Both the position numbers and the translations under genes were made by a program. 55,557 nucleotides of DNA from a virus. Its lineage: Duplodnaviria; Caudoviricetes. Positions 1 through 8,861 of the stretch are shown in pieces. The notes beneath the pieces are model-generated. The model saw nothing but the letters and a program-made list of their open reading frames with translations, ran no database searches and was not told the origin of the DNA. Within the stretch, counting starts at the first letter, position 1. Every line of letters begins with the position of its first letter. The DNA is taken from the IMG/VR virus record IMGVR_UViG_3300044699_000015, positions 1 through 55,557 of that record; one strand, 5' to 3'.

Positions 1-585
1 CTTTTCCAGCCTTGGAAGGAACAGCGCCAAAGCCTCACGAAACACGGCCATTTTATCCTCGTCCCGTTCAATGGTCAAAAGCAGCGTTGGAAACCCACGA
101 CGATAAGACATGAATTTCCACCACTTACGGCCTGTGACGTAGAGCGAGAAGTGGACTTGCGTAACGTAATCGTTTGGCAGCGCATTGTTCAGGAGATATT
201 TAACATGGTTGCAAGGTTCTGGACATTTCACTTCAATGCCCCCGTCATCGCCTATCAATCCATCGGGGGAGCATCCAAACAGCCCGTCATCGTCCGTCAC
301 AAGTCCCACCCGCTCCACCTTTTCACCAGAATCAAACTCGTAAGCCGGAATAGCCTCTTTTTCGAGGATGTTTCCAAACTCCATAGTTAAATCCATATGG
401 CCGGGGATTGGGCCGGAAAGCCACTTTTCAGCGACTTTCTGAGCAAGATAGGTCTGGACACCCAAACCCTTGCGAATCTCGAATGTGGGGCTAACCAGAG
501 CGTCAATTTCACTGGCTGTAATCAGACCAGCGCGGGCGGTTAGCCATTCCAATGAGTTTTGCGCGAAATGAGTATAGACTTTCAT
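1..585 (-). CDS. YqaJ-family (lambda exonuclease-like) viral recombinase, runs off window start
   Basis: Not in ORF track; manual translation MKVYTHFAQNSLEWLTARAGLITASE...FGNILEKEA...GCSPDGLIGDDGGIEVKCP...YVTQVHFSL; ATG overlaps ERF stop (ATGA). Confidence 0.9.
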   Translation of the reverse strand, partial: MKVYTHFAQNSLEWLTARAGLITASEIDALVSPTFEIRKGLGVQTYLAQKVAEKWLSGPIPGHMDLTMEFGNILEKEAIPAYEFDSGEKVERVGLVTDDDGLFGCSPDGLIGDDGGIEVKCPEPCNHVKYLLNNALPNDYVTQVHFSLYVTGRKWWKFMSYRRGFPTLLLTIERDEDKMAVFREALALFLPRLEK

Positions 586-1328
586 CGCCCGCGGGCCTCT
601 TTCTTGCGTAGCATCGCATCCAACATTTCATATTTTCCTGACATGATTTCCGAGAACTTCGGCGCGTCTGCTAGTTTAAGGAACGCGAATACATCACTAT
701 TCGTCTCCTTAACCCGTCGTTCCAATTCTTCCGCCTGTTCGCGGCTGATTGTCTCACCAAGGTTGCGCGGGTCGTTGTCCTCGTCCTGTAAAAAGTCTTG
801 TCTAATAATGACATTTAGGGCGTTCAATAGCGCGTTCCGCTTGGCTGTGGTAGCTGCTTTGCAATCGGCTTGCGTCTCACTATCGGACTTGCCGCCAACG
901 CGCACGGCAAAGCTATTCTTACGCGAATGACCCCCGATGTGGGAAAGGTGGCAGGTTTCCAGAATGCGGTTCTCGTTAAAGTCGTTGGAGAATGATACGC
1001 TGAAACCATGCTTGGTGAGCAACGGGCTGATGACATTCATAATGTCCTCGAATCGCTCGTATTTCCCGCGATTGGGTATGACCGTCTGCGCGACGATAAC
1101 GGGCATTTCTTTTTGCAAGGCCACAAACGCCTCGTTGAACTCGCGTTCGGCGTCCCGCTCCTGAGTTTTCCACCATAGCTCAGTCAGTTTTTCGATTGCT
1201 GCCACATTCTCGCTCGTGACGCCCCCTTTTACGACCGCTTCCAGCATCGCCGCAATGGGATTATCCGTGCGTAGTGCTATCGCTCCACCTTCGGGAGCGC
1301 GTTGTAATTCCAATTCTTCGTGTTTCAT
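582..1328 (-). CDS. ERF-family ssDNA annealing protein
   Basis: FNEAFVALQKEMP...KYERFEDIMNVISPLLTKHGFSVSF...HIGGHS...QADCKAATTAKRNAL; adjacent to YqaJ. Confidence 0.85.
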   Translation of the reverse strand: MKHEELELQRAPEGGAIALRTDNPIAAMLEAVVKGGVTSENVAAIEKLTELWWKTQERDAEREFNEAFVALQKEMPVIVAQTVIPNRGKYERFEDIMNVISPLLTKHGFSVSFSNDFNENRILETCHLSHIGGHSRKNSFAVRVGGKSDSETQADCKAATTAKRNALLNALNVIIRQDFLQDEDNDPRNLGETISREQAEELERRVKETNSDVFAFLKLADAPKFSEIMSGKYEMLDAMLRKKEARGR

Positions 1329-1370
1329 GTATTTCCTTCCTGCAATTGCTTTTCGATGCCTTCCAAGATG

Positions 1371-1781
1371 TTAAATGGCTTGTAATTCATGGTCTTTGCA
1401 AACGAGTTTCTTTTGTTTAACGGTTCTAGCTGGTTGTGCGGGTATTTCCACATCAACCTCAACCACCTTGCAGGAGTGCGGCGGCTCGGCTGCATAAATG
1501 CGAAGGGTTACACCCGGAACAAAGGTTGAGTTGGTGTAGTTAATTTTGCCTTCAACGCTGCTTGGCTCCTTATCCCATTTCCCGGTCTTTAAATGGGTGA
1601 TAAGTTTCACGGCTTGCGCTCGTGTGGGGTTATCAAAATCCACGAAGTTCATAAAGGTTGAGATGCCGACTTGCTCCGGGTAATCGGAGAGCTTTTCGCC
1701 AATCAGCACAACGGCTTCGCGCTGCTTTTTAAGGCGTTCAATTTGCGAGTCAATGCTATCCAATGTTTCTTGTATGTTCAT
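1371..1781 (-). CDS. hypothetical phage protein
   Basis: 136-aa ORF co-oriented in early operon. Confidence 0.7.
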   Translation of the reverse strand: MNIQETLDSIDSQIERLKKQREAVVLIGEKLSDYPEQVGISTFMNFVDFDNPTRAQAVKLITHLKTGKWDKEPSSVEGKINYTNSTFVPGVTLRIYAAEPPHSCKVVEVDVEIPAQPARTVKQKKLVCKDHELQAI

Positions 1782-1804
1782 TTTGAGTTTGGGTTAGGTG
1801 GTGG

Positions 1805-2392
1805 TTAGTCTCCTTCTGTGCGATACACGAAGGGTTGTGATTTAAGCATATCCACCCGAATCTTAATGTTCGGATAATGCTCTCGGATTACTCTTTCAGC
1901 TTCCTCCACCGAATTAAACTTTTCTGGCAAGAGCATTCCGCGATAGCTGCTTGGATAAACATGCTTTCCTTGCGGCCATCGATAAAGCCTTATCGTGTCG
2001 GAGCCATCAGGATAATCCTCTGGAAACATCAGCTTTTCAGACTGTTTTGTTTCAATAACCTTAAAACCTTTAAACGGCTGCAATCCGCCGCGCATATTCA
2101 TCAGGACTTCGCCGTGCTTTTCAAGCAACGCAGCCGCACTTGAAATGAATTTGGCGCAGAGAATAACGGGGTGATATAGGAACCACATAAGCTCTTTGTA
2201 TGATTCTTCACCTATTGGATTTCCATCCTCTGTGAAAATGTGGGGGTCTATGCCCGTTGTCATGCAGCGAGTCATTTTAACCGCGTCCGAGGCTGCAACA
2301 ATTGTTGCAAAATCACTCTGCGCTATTTTAAGATACCAAGCCAAGGACTGATTAAATGCCGGATTGTTACCGCGTACAAACGTGAATTTCAT
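1805..2392 (-). CDS. hypothetical phage protein
   Basis: 195-aa ORF co-oriented in early operon. Confidence 0.7.
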   Translation of the reverse strand: MKFTFVRGNNPAFNQSLAWYLKIAQSDFATIVAASDAVKMTRCMTTGIDPHIFTEDGNPIGEESYKELMWFLYHPVILCAKFISSAAALLEKHGEVLMNMRGGLQPFKGFKVIETKQSEKLMFPEDYPDGSDTIRLYRWPQGKHVYPSSYRGMLLPEKFNSVEEAERVIREHYPNIKIRVDMLKSQPFVYRTEGD

Positions 2393-2405
2393 ATCATCTT
2401 TTGAA

Positions 2406-2963
2406 TCATGCGTGGGTTAGTGTGTTAAGTTGCGCCTCGGCTTCGGTTATAGTCGCCTTGGCAGCGGAAAGCTCTATTGTCTCAAACGCATCGAAATAAC
2501 GCTTCCCAAAGGCATCCTGAGCGCAATTACGCAGTATCCGGCTTTTAGTCTCCTTCGCCTCTTTCAGTTTCCGTTCCCAATAGATGATTAAAGAACCGGG
2601 GGAAGATGTTCCATTCCTTATTTTTGGTTCTACTGGTTTCAATTCGTGGCCCTGTTTAGAACCGTCCTGAGGGTCACAAGTAGAACCGCGTAGGTTCTGG
2701 ATAGAACCGTTCACGAAATACCGATTAGACCTTTTTAATTCGCGTTTTTCGACTTTGATGTAGCCAGCCGATTTCAATTCCTTAATCCATCCGAGGAGCG
2801 CGGCGCGTCCGCAATGCAGTTCCCGGCAGATTGTTTTGAGCGACGGCCAGCAGCACTCATTCTTGCCCGTCATATCACGGAATAAATGCCAAGCCCTAAA
2901 TGCGCCGTGGGATATGCGCTCGTCTCGGATGATTTTGGAATATAGCTTTGGGGAGATTTTCAA
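2406..2963 (-). CDS. winged-helix (HTH_36-like) replication-initiator-like protein, paralog 1
   Basis: RISHGAFRAWHLFRDMTGKNECCWPSLKTICREL...IKELKSAGYI...SNRYFV; start moved to TTG 2963 because similarity to 52445-53251 begins there and the upstream DNA is promoter plus structured leader. Confidence 0.75.
   Translation of the reverse strand: MKISPKLYSKIIRDERISHGAFRAWHLFRDMTGKNECCWPSLKTICRELHCGRAALLGWIKELKSAGYIKVEKRELKRSNRYFVNGSIQNLRGSTCDPQDGSKQGHELKPVEPKIRNGTSSPGSLIIYWERKLKEAKETKSRILRNCAQDAFGKRYFDAFETIELSAAKATITEAEAQLNTLTHA
2591..2709. repeat. iteron-like repeats inside initiator-like gene
   Basis: TAGAACCG at 2657, 2681, 2702; AAGAACCG at 2591; inverted GGTTCT at 2626 and 2693. Confidence 0.6.
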
Positions 2964-2969
2964 TCTGAT

Positions 2970-3102
2970 AACCAATTCCCACAAGACACACCCGCCCCGG
3001 CGACAACCGTCCAGCCTCGCGGCGAGAGATTCCGAAACGGGCGTGTATTGTGGCAACTGATTAGTGCAGAAGCCGCGTATGTAGCATTCGAGACGGTTGT
3101 CA
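2970..3102 (-). ncRNA. structured 5' leader (A-C-B-C'-A'-B' pseudoknot/switch), copy 1
   Basis: A 3102-3091 pairs A' 3012-3001 (12 bp); B 3062-3032 pairs B' 3000-2970 (29/31); C 3077-3072 pairs C' 3023-3018; G-U wobbles only on minus strand. Confidence 0.75.
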
Positions 3103-3116
3103 TATCGTCTAGTGGG

Positions 3117-3145
3117 TTTATCGCCCATGCCGCCGAAAGTGTCAA
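3117..3145 (-). promoter_or_regulatory. sigma70-like promoter
   Basis: TTGACA-17-GATAAA just upstream of the leader. Confidence 0.55.
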
Positions 3146-3158
3146 CGAGATTCATAGG

Positions 3159-3353
3159 CTATTTCGATAAAATCCAATCAGTGATGGGGTCTGGCTTATT
3201 TTTCCTTGGCACTTTCACAACTTTGCCGGATTTCAAAAGTTTCTCCCAAGTCGTTTTGCCCTCGCGGACTGCGCGTGAGGCGATATTATAGCAACGCTGG
3301 CAAAGGCTCCTTGCTATAGATTCTCTGTCGCATTTGGGGTTATTGCATTTCAT
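3159..3353 (-). CDS. small Cys-containing (Zn-finger-like) protein
   Basis: MKCNNPKC...LCQRCY. Confidence 0.6.
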   Translation of the reverse strand: MKCNNPKCDRESIARSLCQRCYNIASRAVREGKTTWEKLLKSGKVVKVPRKNKPDPITDWILSK

Positions 3354-3516
3354 ACCATCGGACTCCTTGTATTCTCGCGTTGAAACATCTCGCACTCCTC
3401 TGCATTTGTGCAGAAACGGCCACAGTATTTACAGCGATTCGCGTAGCCCATAGATAGCCAGATTGCTATGCCGGATATGGCTATGGCTAGGATTGTGCAG
3501 ATGATTTCGGTGAGGG

Positions 3517-3801
3517 TCATAATTCAAGCTCCGATATGTGAACAAGGCTTCCAAAACCATCCTTGCGATGCCCATAGATAACCTCATCATCTTTAGGAGT
3601 ATTAAAGCGTAGTGCGTAAACCATGCACCCCGGATTGCCCGCGCATACGCCCCATGGCTTGCCCATAACCCTATCCGCCCAATCTTCAATCCTGATTTCG
3701 GAGCCTCCAAAGTCAGGATATTGGAAGTGTTCCACACCCGGCTTTATTTTTACCCATTTACCAGCTAAAGGGTGTTTCTCGCTGTGTATTATGTTATTCA
3801 T
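3517..3801 (-). CDS. hypothetical phage protein
   Basis: MNNIIHSEKHPLAGKWVKIK...LVHISELEL. Confidence 0.65.
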   Translation of the reverse strand: MNNIIHSEKHPLAGKWVKIKPGVEHFQYPDFGGSEIRIEDWADRVMGKPWGVCAGNPGCMVYALRFNTPKDDEVIYGHRKDGFGSLVHISELEL

Positions 3802-3821
3802 TCTCTTGCCTTTCGTTGGGG

Positions 3822-4061
3822 TTATTCGGGCCAAACATCGGCCACAGTTTTGCCGTGCCATTGCGAGCGAAACCCACGCCCGCGCATACCGCAATTTGGA
3901 ATGTTGTTGCCGGTGATTTTCTTATAGACCCACGCGCAAACATCTTCCCAATGTTTCGCGCTATCAGGGATTTTGGCTCCTAGTTGTGCCTCGACAGACT
4001 CCAAATCAATGTCGCTGGCTGCATTTCCCGCGTTAATCCAATCTTGTTTTGTTGGTTTCAT
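3822..4061 (-). CDS. hypothetical protein
   Basis: 79-aa ORF tightly packed in operon. Confidence 0.6.
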   Translation of the reverse strand: MKPTKQDWINAGNAASDIDLESVEAQLGAKIPDSAKHWEDVCAWVYKKITGNNIPNCGMRGRGFRSQWHGKTVADVWPE

Positions 4062-4065
4062 AATT

Positions 4066-4323
4066 TTAACTCGCTAACTCCACAATTTCGTCGTGATGCT
4101 GGTTAGTCCACCGCGCAAGCTCTTTGCCGATGGCGCGTAGGGTTGGTTCATCTTCGACGGGATACTTTTCGTTATGGATAAAGGCTTCCCAATCAGCCAA
4201 CTCGACATTGTGACCATCGGGGCCGCTGAATACTTCAAATTCGCAGAAGCAATCAAACTTGCGCGAGTCCTCAAGCATGATGTCCACGCGCCGGTTCGTG
4301 ATTAGGCGTTTTGGCGCTATCAT
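4066..4323 (-). CDS. hypothetical protein
   Basis: ATG 4323 overlaps upstream stop (ATGA). Confidence 0.55.
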   Translation of the reverse strand: MIAPKRLITNRRVDIMLEDSRKFDCFCEFEVFSGPDGHNVELADWEAFIHNEKYPVEDEPTLRAIGKELARWTNQHHDEIVELAS

Positions 4324-4577
4324 TGTCTTATCTCCCACAATCCTTGCCACATGCTCGAGTTTGTTCCGGGCATATCTAATTGCAATGGCGTTCCATTCCA
4401 ACCATCGAAAGTCCAACCAAACCACACTCTTTCAAACTTTCCCGCGTAATAAAACCCGCCAATCTTAGCAAGATAGCTCCTGCGCCCATTGATGCCCTTA
4501 TGGTCGTGAAAGCTACAATCGTTCTCTTTCGAGAAGCATTTTGACAAATCAACGGCTTTCAGTTTTGGAGTTTTCAT
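4320..4577 (-). CDS. hypothetical protein
   Basis: 85-aa ORF, ATGA-coupled on both sides. Confidence 0.65.
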   Translation of the reverse strand: MKTPKLKAVDLSKCFSKENDCSFHDHKGINGRRSYLAKIGGFYYAGKFERVWFGWTFDGWNGTPLQLDMPGTNSSMWQGLWEIRQ

Positions 4578-4957
4578 TCCTTCGGCTCGCTTTGGAGGGT
4601 GGTTAATGTCTTGGTTAATCCGTCCAGCACATCCTTGAACTCGCTTGTGATACGCCCGTTATACGCGTAATCATTGCACCTCAACACGCTACTAACGGCT
4701 TCCTTTAGCGCATCCCGCTCTTTGGTGAGGCGTTCGATATTGTTTACGGCGTGGACTATCAATTGCGCGTTGGCATGTGCTTGTTCGGGTGTTATTAAAA
4801 CGGATGGCCCAAACTTTGTCCCAGAGCCATTGTATGCGGGCGGGCAGCGCACCCCCGAAAGACCCCAGATTCCCTTTTCGGCAATTATTTCCGCTCCGTG
4901 GTTATCCACTCTACCAACCATCCACGGCCTAGCTGTAGCCTCTTTAAACATATTCAT
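4574..4957 (-). CDS. hypothetical phage protein
   Basis: ATARPW...ANAQLIVHAVN, common phage early-gene pattern. Confidence 0.65.
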   Translation of the reverse strand: MNMFKEATARPWMVGRVDNHGAEIIAEKGIWGLSGVRCPPAYNGSGTKFGPSVLITPEQAHANAQLIVHAVNNIERLTKERDALKEAVSSVLRCNDYAYNGRITSEFKDVLDGLTKTLTTLQSEPKE

Positions 4958-4976
4958 TTTAACTTTCGTGGGGTGG

Positions 4977-5672
4977 TTAGTAAACGAACCCAAGGGATTC
5001 AACCGCTGCCTTAAATTCAGCCATTAATGCAGGCAGGCGAGCCAATAGCGCGTCTTTATCCTGCAATTGATCCAATGTGGCATCCGGCCATACCGCGCAG
5101 CTTCTAGCGGCTTCCAGGTCGCTTTTCTTGCCTTCGCCCTCAATCCATACCGGCTCGTATTCCGCTGACAGTTTGCCCGCTGGTTTCTGCGCTGAATCAA
5201 TCCAGTTTGAGGAACTGACCGAAATGCGCTCGCCTTTGTCGTTGCGCGTAACTACCTCCCACACGTTCAGGCCAGTTCTCCCGTTTTTGAGTTGTCGGCG
5301 CTCATCTTTACGCAATCCACGATGGTCTTTGTCGCTGGCGTGGTAAGTTGTATTCGCAACGTAGTGCATGGGGCCATCCGTGCTGGTGAGATGCCACTTA
5401 ATCAATGGCGCAAGCTCTGGAAAGTGTTTCGCAACCTCATCATGGCAACAACCGCCTGAATGGTCACGCCACTGTCCACCACACTTCTCATCAATCGTTG
5501 CGGTAATCGCAAATGAGTTGTGACCGTTACCGCATCGGTCATCATGGCGAACTTCGGCAACGATGCGTAATTGGCTACCATGTTCCGTGTAGAACTTGGG
5601 GCCGAAAGACTTCTTTTGATTGCTGGTTAATACGCTCGCAGGCAGCGCGTTTGTTTCAATTGTCGTTTTCAT
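4977..5672 (-). CDS. conserved hypothetical phage protein
   Basis: DDRCGNGHNSFAIT...GGCCHDEVAKHFPELAPLIKWHL...GPMHYVANTTYHA. Confidence 0.75.
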   Translation of the reverse strand: MKTTIETNALPASVLTSNQKKSFGPKFYTEHGSQLRIVAEVRHDDRCGNGHNSFAITATIDEKCGGQWRDHSGGCCHDEVAKHFPELAPLIKWHLTSTDGPMHYVANTTYHASDKDHRGLRKDERRQLKNGRTGLNVWEVVTRNDKGERISVSSSNWIDSAQKPAGKLSAEYEPVWIEGEGKKSDLEAARSCAVWPDATLDQLQDKDALLARLPALMAEFKAAVESLGFVY

Positions 5673-5826
5673 TCTCGCTTTGGGTTTGGGTTGTGGGGGT
5701 GGGTTATTTTACCAGCGTTTGCAGTAATTGTGCCGCGAAATGTCCGGGGCCACGACGGCGAATATCCATGGGTATTTCAATTCCAGTATTCATATTATTT
5801 GTTGTTTGTTCTACCGTGGGGAAAGG

Positions 5827-5985
5827 TTATTTCTTCTTTTGGGACTTGTTCACCCTTGGCAAATTCCAGTATGGGCTTTTGCATTTCGGGCAAACGATTT
5901 GCGGCAGCTTGCGAGGCGTCCACGACTTCTGACAGCGCAAACATTTCAGCACCGGCAGCGTTGTTTCGATTGGTTCTGTATTCAT
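5827..5985 (-). CDS. small zinc-ribbon protein
   Basis: KCLRCQKSW...VCPKCKSPYWN, two CxxC; promoter immediately upstream. Confidence 0.7.
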   Translation of the reverse strand: MNTEPIETTLPVLKCLRCQKSWTPRKLPQIVCPKCKSPYWNLPRVNKSQKKK

Positions 5986-5986
5986 C

Positions 5987-6024
5987 TTGACTAATACATT
6001 ATCTAAAGGTATGAATTGTGTCAA
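5987..6024. promoter_or_regulatory. overlapping divergent sigma70-like promoters
   Basis: minus: TTGACA(6024-6019)-17-TAATGT; plus: TTGACT(5987-5992)-17-TATGAA. Confidence 0.6.
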
Positions 6025-6500
6025 TGAAAATAAACCCTGAAATGATTTTTATTTACGGCATCTTTAACGAGTGCGGCTCATGCGTTTACGTTGGGCGCTC
6101 TTGTTCTCCGATGAAAAGATTCAATCTTCACCAGTGTGTAAACGGCAAATTTCATGGCCGAAAAGTGACGATGAAAGTTTTTCGCGCCACGCTTCCGCAA
6201 CATGCGAATAGAATTGAGAATCAAATAGGCGTTGCTTATCGGAAAAGAGGGCAAGCGATTTACTCGAAAACATGGACAAATAGCCCTAAAATACCAAAGC
6301 ATATTGGTGGAACCCACGTTTACGTTGAGGGGATAGAAAAGCCATTCCCTAGCATAAATGCCGCTGGCCGTGCGCTTGGCGTATCGAACACGACGGTTTC
6401 AGAGTATTTGCGTGTGGGGTTTTTCTTTTCTGAGGAATACGAAAGAGATTTCCGAATAGCAACATCCCCTATGCCTTTAGTAATAGATTTTCAGATTTAA
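6024..6500 (+). CDS. GIY-YIG homing-endonuclease-like protein with NUMOD1-like C-terminus
   Basis: IFIYGIFNECGSCVYVGRS...RFNLH; FPSINAAGRALGVSNTTV. Confidence 0.75.
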   Translation: MKINPEMIFIYGIFNECGSCVYVGRSCSPMKRFNLHQCVNGKFHGRKVTMKVFRATLPQHANRIENQIGVAYRKRGQAIYSKTWTNSPKIPKHIGGTHVYVEGIEKPFPSINAAGRALGVSNTTVSEYLRVGFFFSEEYERDFRIATSPMPLVIDFQI

Positions 6501-6624
6501 AAACGTCCGTATTTTTGCGGAGTTTACAATATATACTCTTAATGTATGATTCAACCATGACAAACAAAACAACTCAACCAGCCGAACAAAGTATGCAAAC
6601 CAATTCAAACGAGCGGGGGAATGT

Positions 6625-6924
6625 ATGAGAAAGATAACACGTGATACAATGAGGGCTGACGGTCAAACCGTTGGACAGGCGATGGACAAAGACGCGGCCT
6701 TTCTTCGTAGTGTTGGAATTAACGCACCTGATGGGGCTTTGACTATTGATGAAAAGCTGGATGCCAAGAAGGAGGAGGTTCGCCTTCGTGTTCTGGATGC
6801 TTTAGACGAAGCCTTTAAATCCCCGGAATATCCGAATGGGGGATGGATTGATTCGGACTTAAATAGGCTTTTTAGGACATTGGATTGGCAAACCGAATGT
6901 GTTTTTAACAGAGCAAGAAGCTAA
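6625..6924 (+). CDS. hypothetical protein
   Basis: 99 aa, GGGGG SD upstream. Confidence 0.6.
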   Translation: MRKITRDTMRADGQTVGQAMDKDAAFLRSVGINAPDGALTIDEKLDAKKEEVRLRVLDALDEAFKSPEYPNGGWIDSDLNRLFRTLDWQTECVFNRARS

Positions 6925-6930
6925 CACTCC

Positions 6931-7359
6931 ATGAAAACCGAACTGGCGAAAGTGAAACCCAATACCGTGCTGCCCAAGGGTGGCGAAATGCTACCCAAAG
7001 TGATTAAGGCCAAAATCGGAGGATGGGCTGAGATGGAATACGACGCAAAGGTGATGCGACATGGCCTAGAATGGTTGCGAGTCAAAGACGGTATGGGGAG
7101 CCGTGGTGATAGGGAGGATTGGGTTGCGAATGTTAACTCCATTGCTATTTCAGTCCACGATTACCATTGGAACGGCGACGACTTCGGCCCCAATCACGGA
7201 ACATTTAATAACGCCTGCGAACAAGAGATGAAAAAAGGATTGATGTTTGCAAAAGAGGCGATAGTAGAAATGCAAGAAGCTATCGACAACAAACGAGAGG
7301 GCATACGAGCCTTAACGGTAGCCCTTTCCCAACATCGTGCGGGGAGGAAGGGGGAATGA
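6931..7359 (+). CDS. hypothetical protein
   Basis: 142-aa ORF in plus-strand operon. Confidence 0.6.
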   Translation: MKTELAKVKPNTVLPKGGEMLPKVIKAKIGGWAEMEYDAKVMRHGLEWLRVKDGMGSRGDREDWVANVNSIAISVHDYHWNGDDFGPNHGTFNNACEQEMKKGLMFAKEAIVEMQEAIDNKREGIRALTVALSQHRAGRKGE

Positions 7360-7616
7360 AACAATTTGCGAATCAGTTACAGCCTAGGCGAGCCGAAAGG
7401 GTGTCACAGGCAAAGCCGTTTGGTAGTTCTGATTCGAGACACCCGCGCCGTAAAGTTATCGAGTGCTATTGCGTTCGAGGCTACAAAGGCAACATGTCCA
7501 CTTCACTACAACTTAGTTGTGGGCACTTTAAGAAGCTGCGGTTTTGGAACTTTGGGAAACACCCGAAGACAACCATTTGCTTTGAATGCATCCGTAAAGA
7601 AACGGACACGATTTAG
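7356..7616 (+). CDS. hypothetical protein, possible Zn-binding
   Basis: ATGA-coupled; LSCGH...CFEC. Confidence 0.5.
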   Translation: MKQFANQLQPRRAERVSQAKPFGSSDSRHPRRKVIECYCVRGYKGNMSTSLQLSCGHFKKLRFWNFGKHPKTTICFECIRKETDTI

Positions 7617-7893
7617 GTTGAAATGATTTAGAGAGTTTGCGAAATTACAGCCTGACATCGGTTTATCATATGACCAACCAAAAAGGACATTATGCCCACA
7701 TTCAAACGCAATAGCTAAAAGAACAACCACGGCGGAAATAACATATCATGCCCCATTGCTGCAAGGCTTTGGGGCTTTTGATTTGTCCGTATTATTCCTG
7801 ATAGACAAATGGAAACGGATTTGCGACAGTATCAACGCCAACGGTGAAGAATCGAAGGCCAGCATTAAGACGCTGAACAAAGAAAGAGCAATT

Positions 7894-8130
7894 ATGAAAA
7901 CAATCGAAACGGTTACTTACGTTCTGCCTGCTTGTTGGGCTTCATACCTTATCAATGGAGATTCAAGCGGTTTATCCGCTGATGATTATGCGGCTGCGAA
8001 CAACTTCATTAACGGCCACGGCTTGCCAATGCCGGTTTCATGCTCTGATGAATCTTGGTTTGCATGGCATAATGACGCCGGGACATTGGGCGGTGATGTT
8101 CTGGAATATACTTTTCTTTTGCCAGTTTAG
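7894..8130 (+). CDS. conserved small acidic phage protein
   Basis: LPACWASYLINGDSSGLS...GDVLEYTF. Confidence 0.7.
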   Translation: MKTIETVTYVLPACWASYLINGDSSGLSADDYAAANNFINGHGLPMPVSCSDESWFAWHNDAGTLGGDVLEYTFLLPV

Positions 8131-8196
8131 CCCGTCGTGGGTAATCCTTCGGCATTCGTGCCAAGCTCACACCCGTCTTAAACGACGGGCTTTTTG
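8129..8196 (+). terminator. large hairpin with U-tract (terminator-like)
   Basis: AGCCCGTCGT(8129-8138)/ACGACGGGCT(8182-8191) perfect 10 bp followed by TTTT. Confidence 0.55.
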
Positions 8197-8341
8197 TTAT
8201 CCCACACAATCGCTCTAGGATTTGATTACAGCCCTGTTTAGCACTATAGCCATGTTCAGATATGCCAATGTTTACCGTTGGCCATCCGTTGAAACGTAAA
8301 TTGGGCTTGCTGAACGGTTTTTAACGGAGTAATAGCAAGGA

Positions 8342-8752
8342 ATGGAACTCGCAAGACAGCCTCGGTCTATTTTCCGGTTCACCAAGGAAAATGCGGGGCA
8401 ATTCTCAGCCCAAGCCATTCAACGCAAGCGCGAACTCAAAGCCATCCGAGAAAAGGAGCTAGAGAAAGCTAGGAATGCCACCCCACAAACCGAGCGCATC
8501 GCCCGACAGATAGCTAGGATGGAGGAAATGATGGACAAGACAAAGGATGCTGACGAGCTACAGAAGCTATCAGCCGCACACGCTCGTTTGTTCAATGCTT
8601 GGCAGGTGCTTACAGGCACTCCAAACCCCGGTTCCAGCAAGCCATCGCGCAATCGTGAGCAACGCCAGCCCGTGCAACCAATCCAACCTATTGTGGCTCC
8701 TGCGGCAACTACGGACATACAAGTTGACCCATCGAAAACAGGGCCAGCGTAA
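8342..8752 (+). CDS. helical protein, possible terminase small subunit
   Basis: FTKENAGQFSAQA basic N-terminus, coiled coil, P-rich tail; followed by ~460-bp non-coding region; function inferred only. Confidence 0.35.
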   Translation: MELARQPRSIFRFTKENAGQFSAQAIQRKRELKAIREKELEKARNATPQTERIARQIARMEEMMDKTKDADELQKLSAAHARLFNAWQVLTGTPNPGSSKPSRNREQRQPVQPIQPIVAPAATTDIQVDPSKTGPA

Positions 8753-8848
8753 TCATCAATGATTGCAGGGGGTTGATATTATGTGGCATACAATGAGAAT
8801 TATATTTAATTGAGTGAACCACTTATGTATCAGTAGGATTTCGTTGGT

Positions 8849-8861
8849 TATCAACTACTTG
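8849..8861 (+). promoter_or_regulatory. IHF-consensus site
   Basis: TATCAACTACTTG matches WATCAANNNNTTR. Confidence 0.4.
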
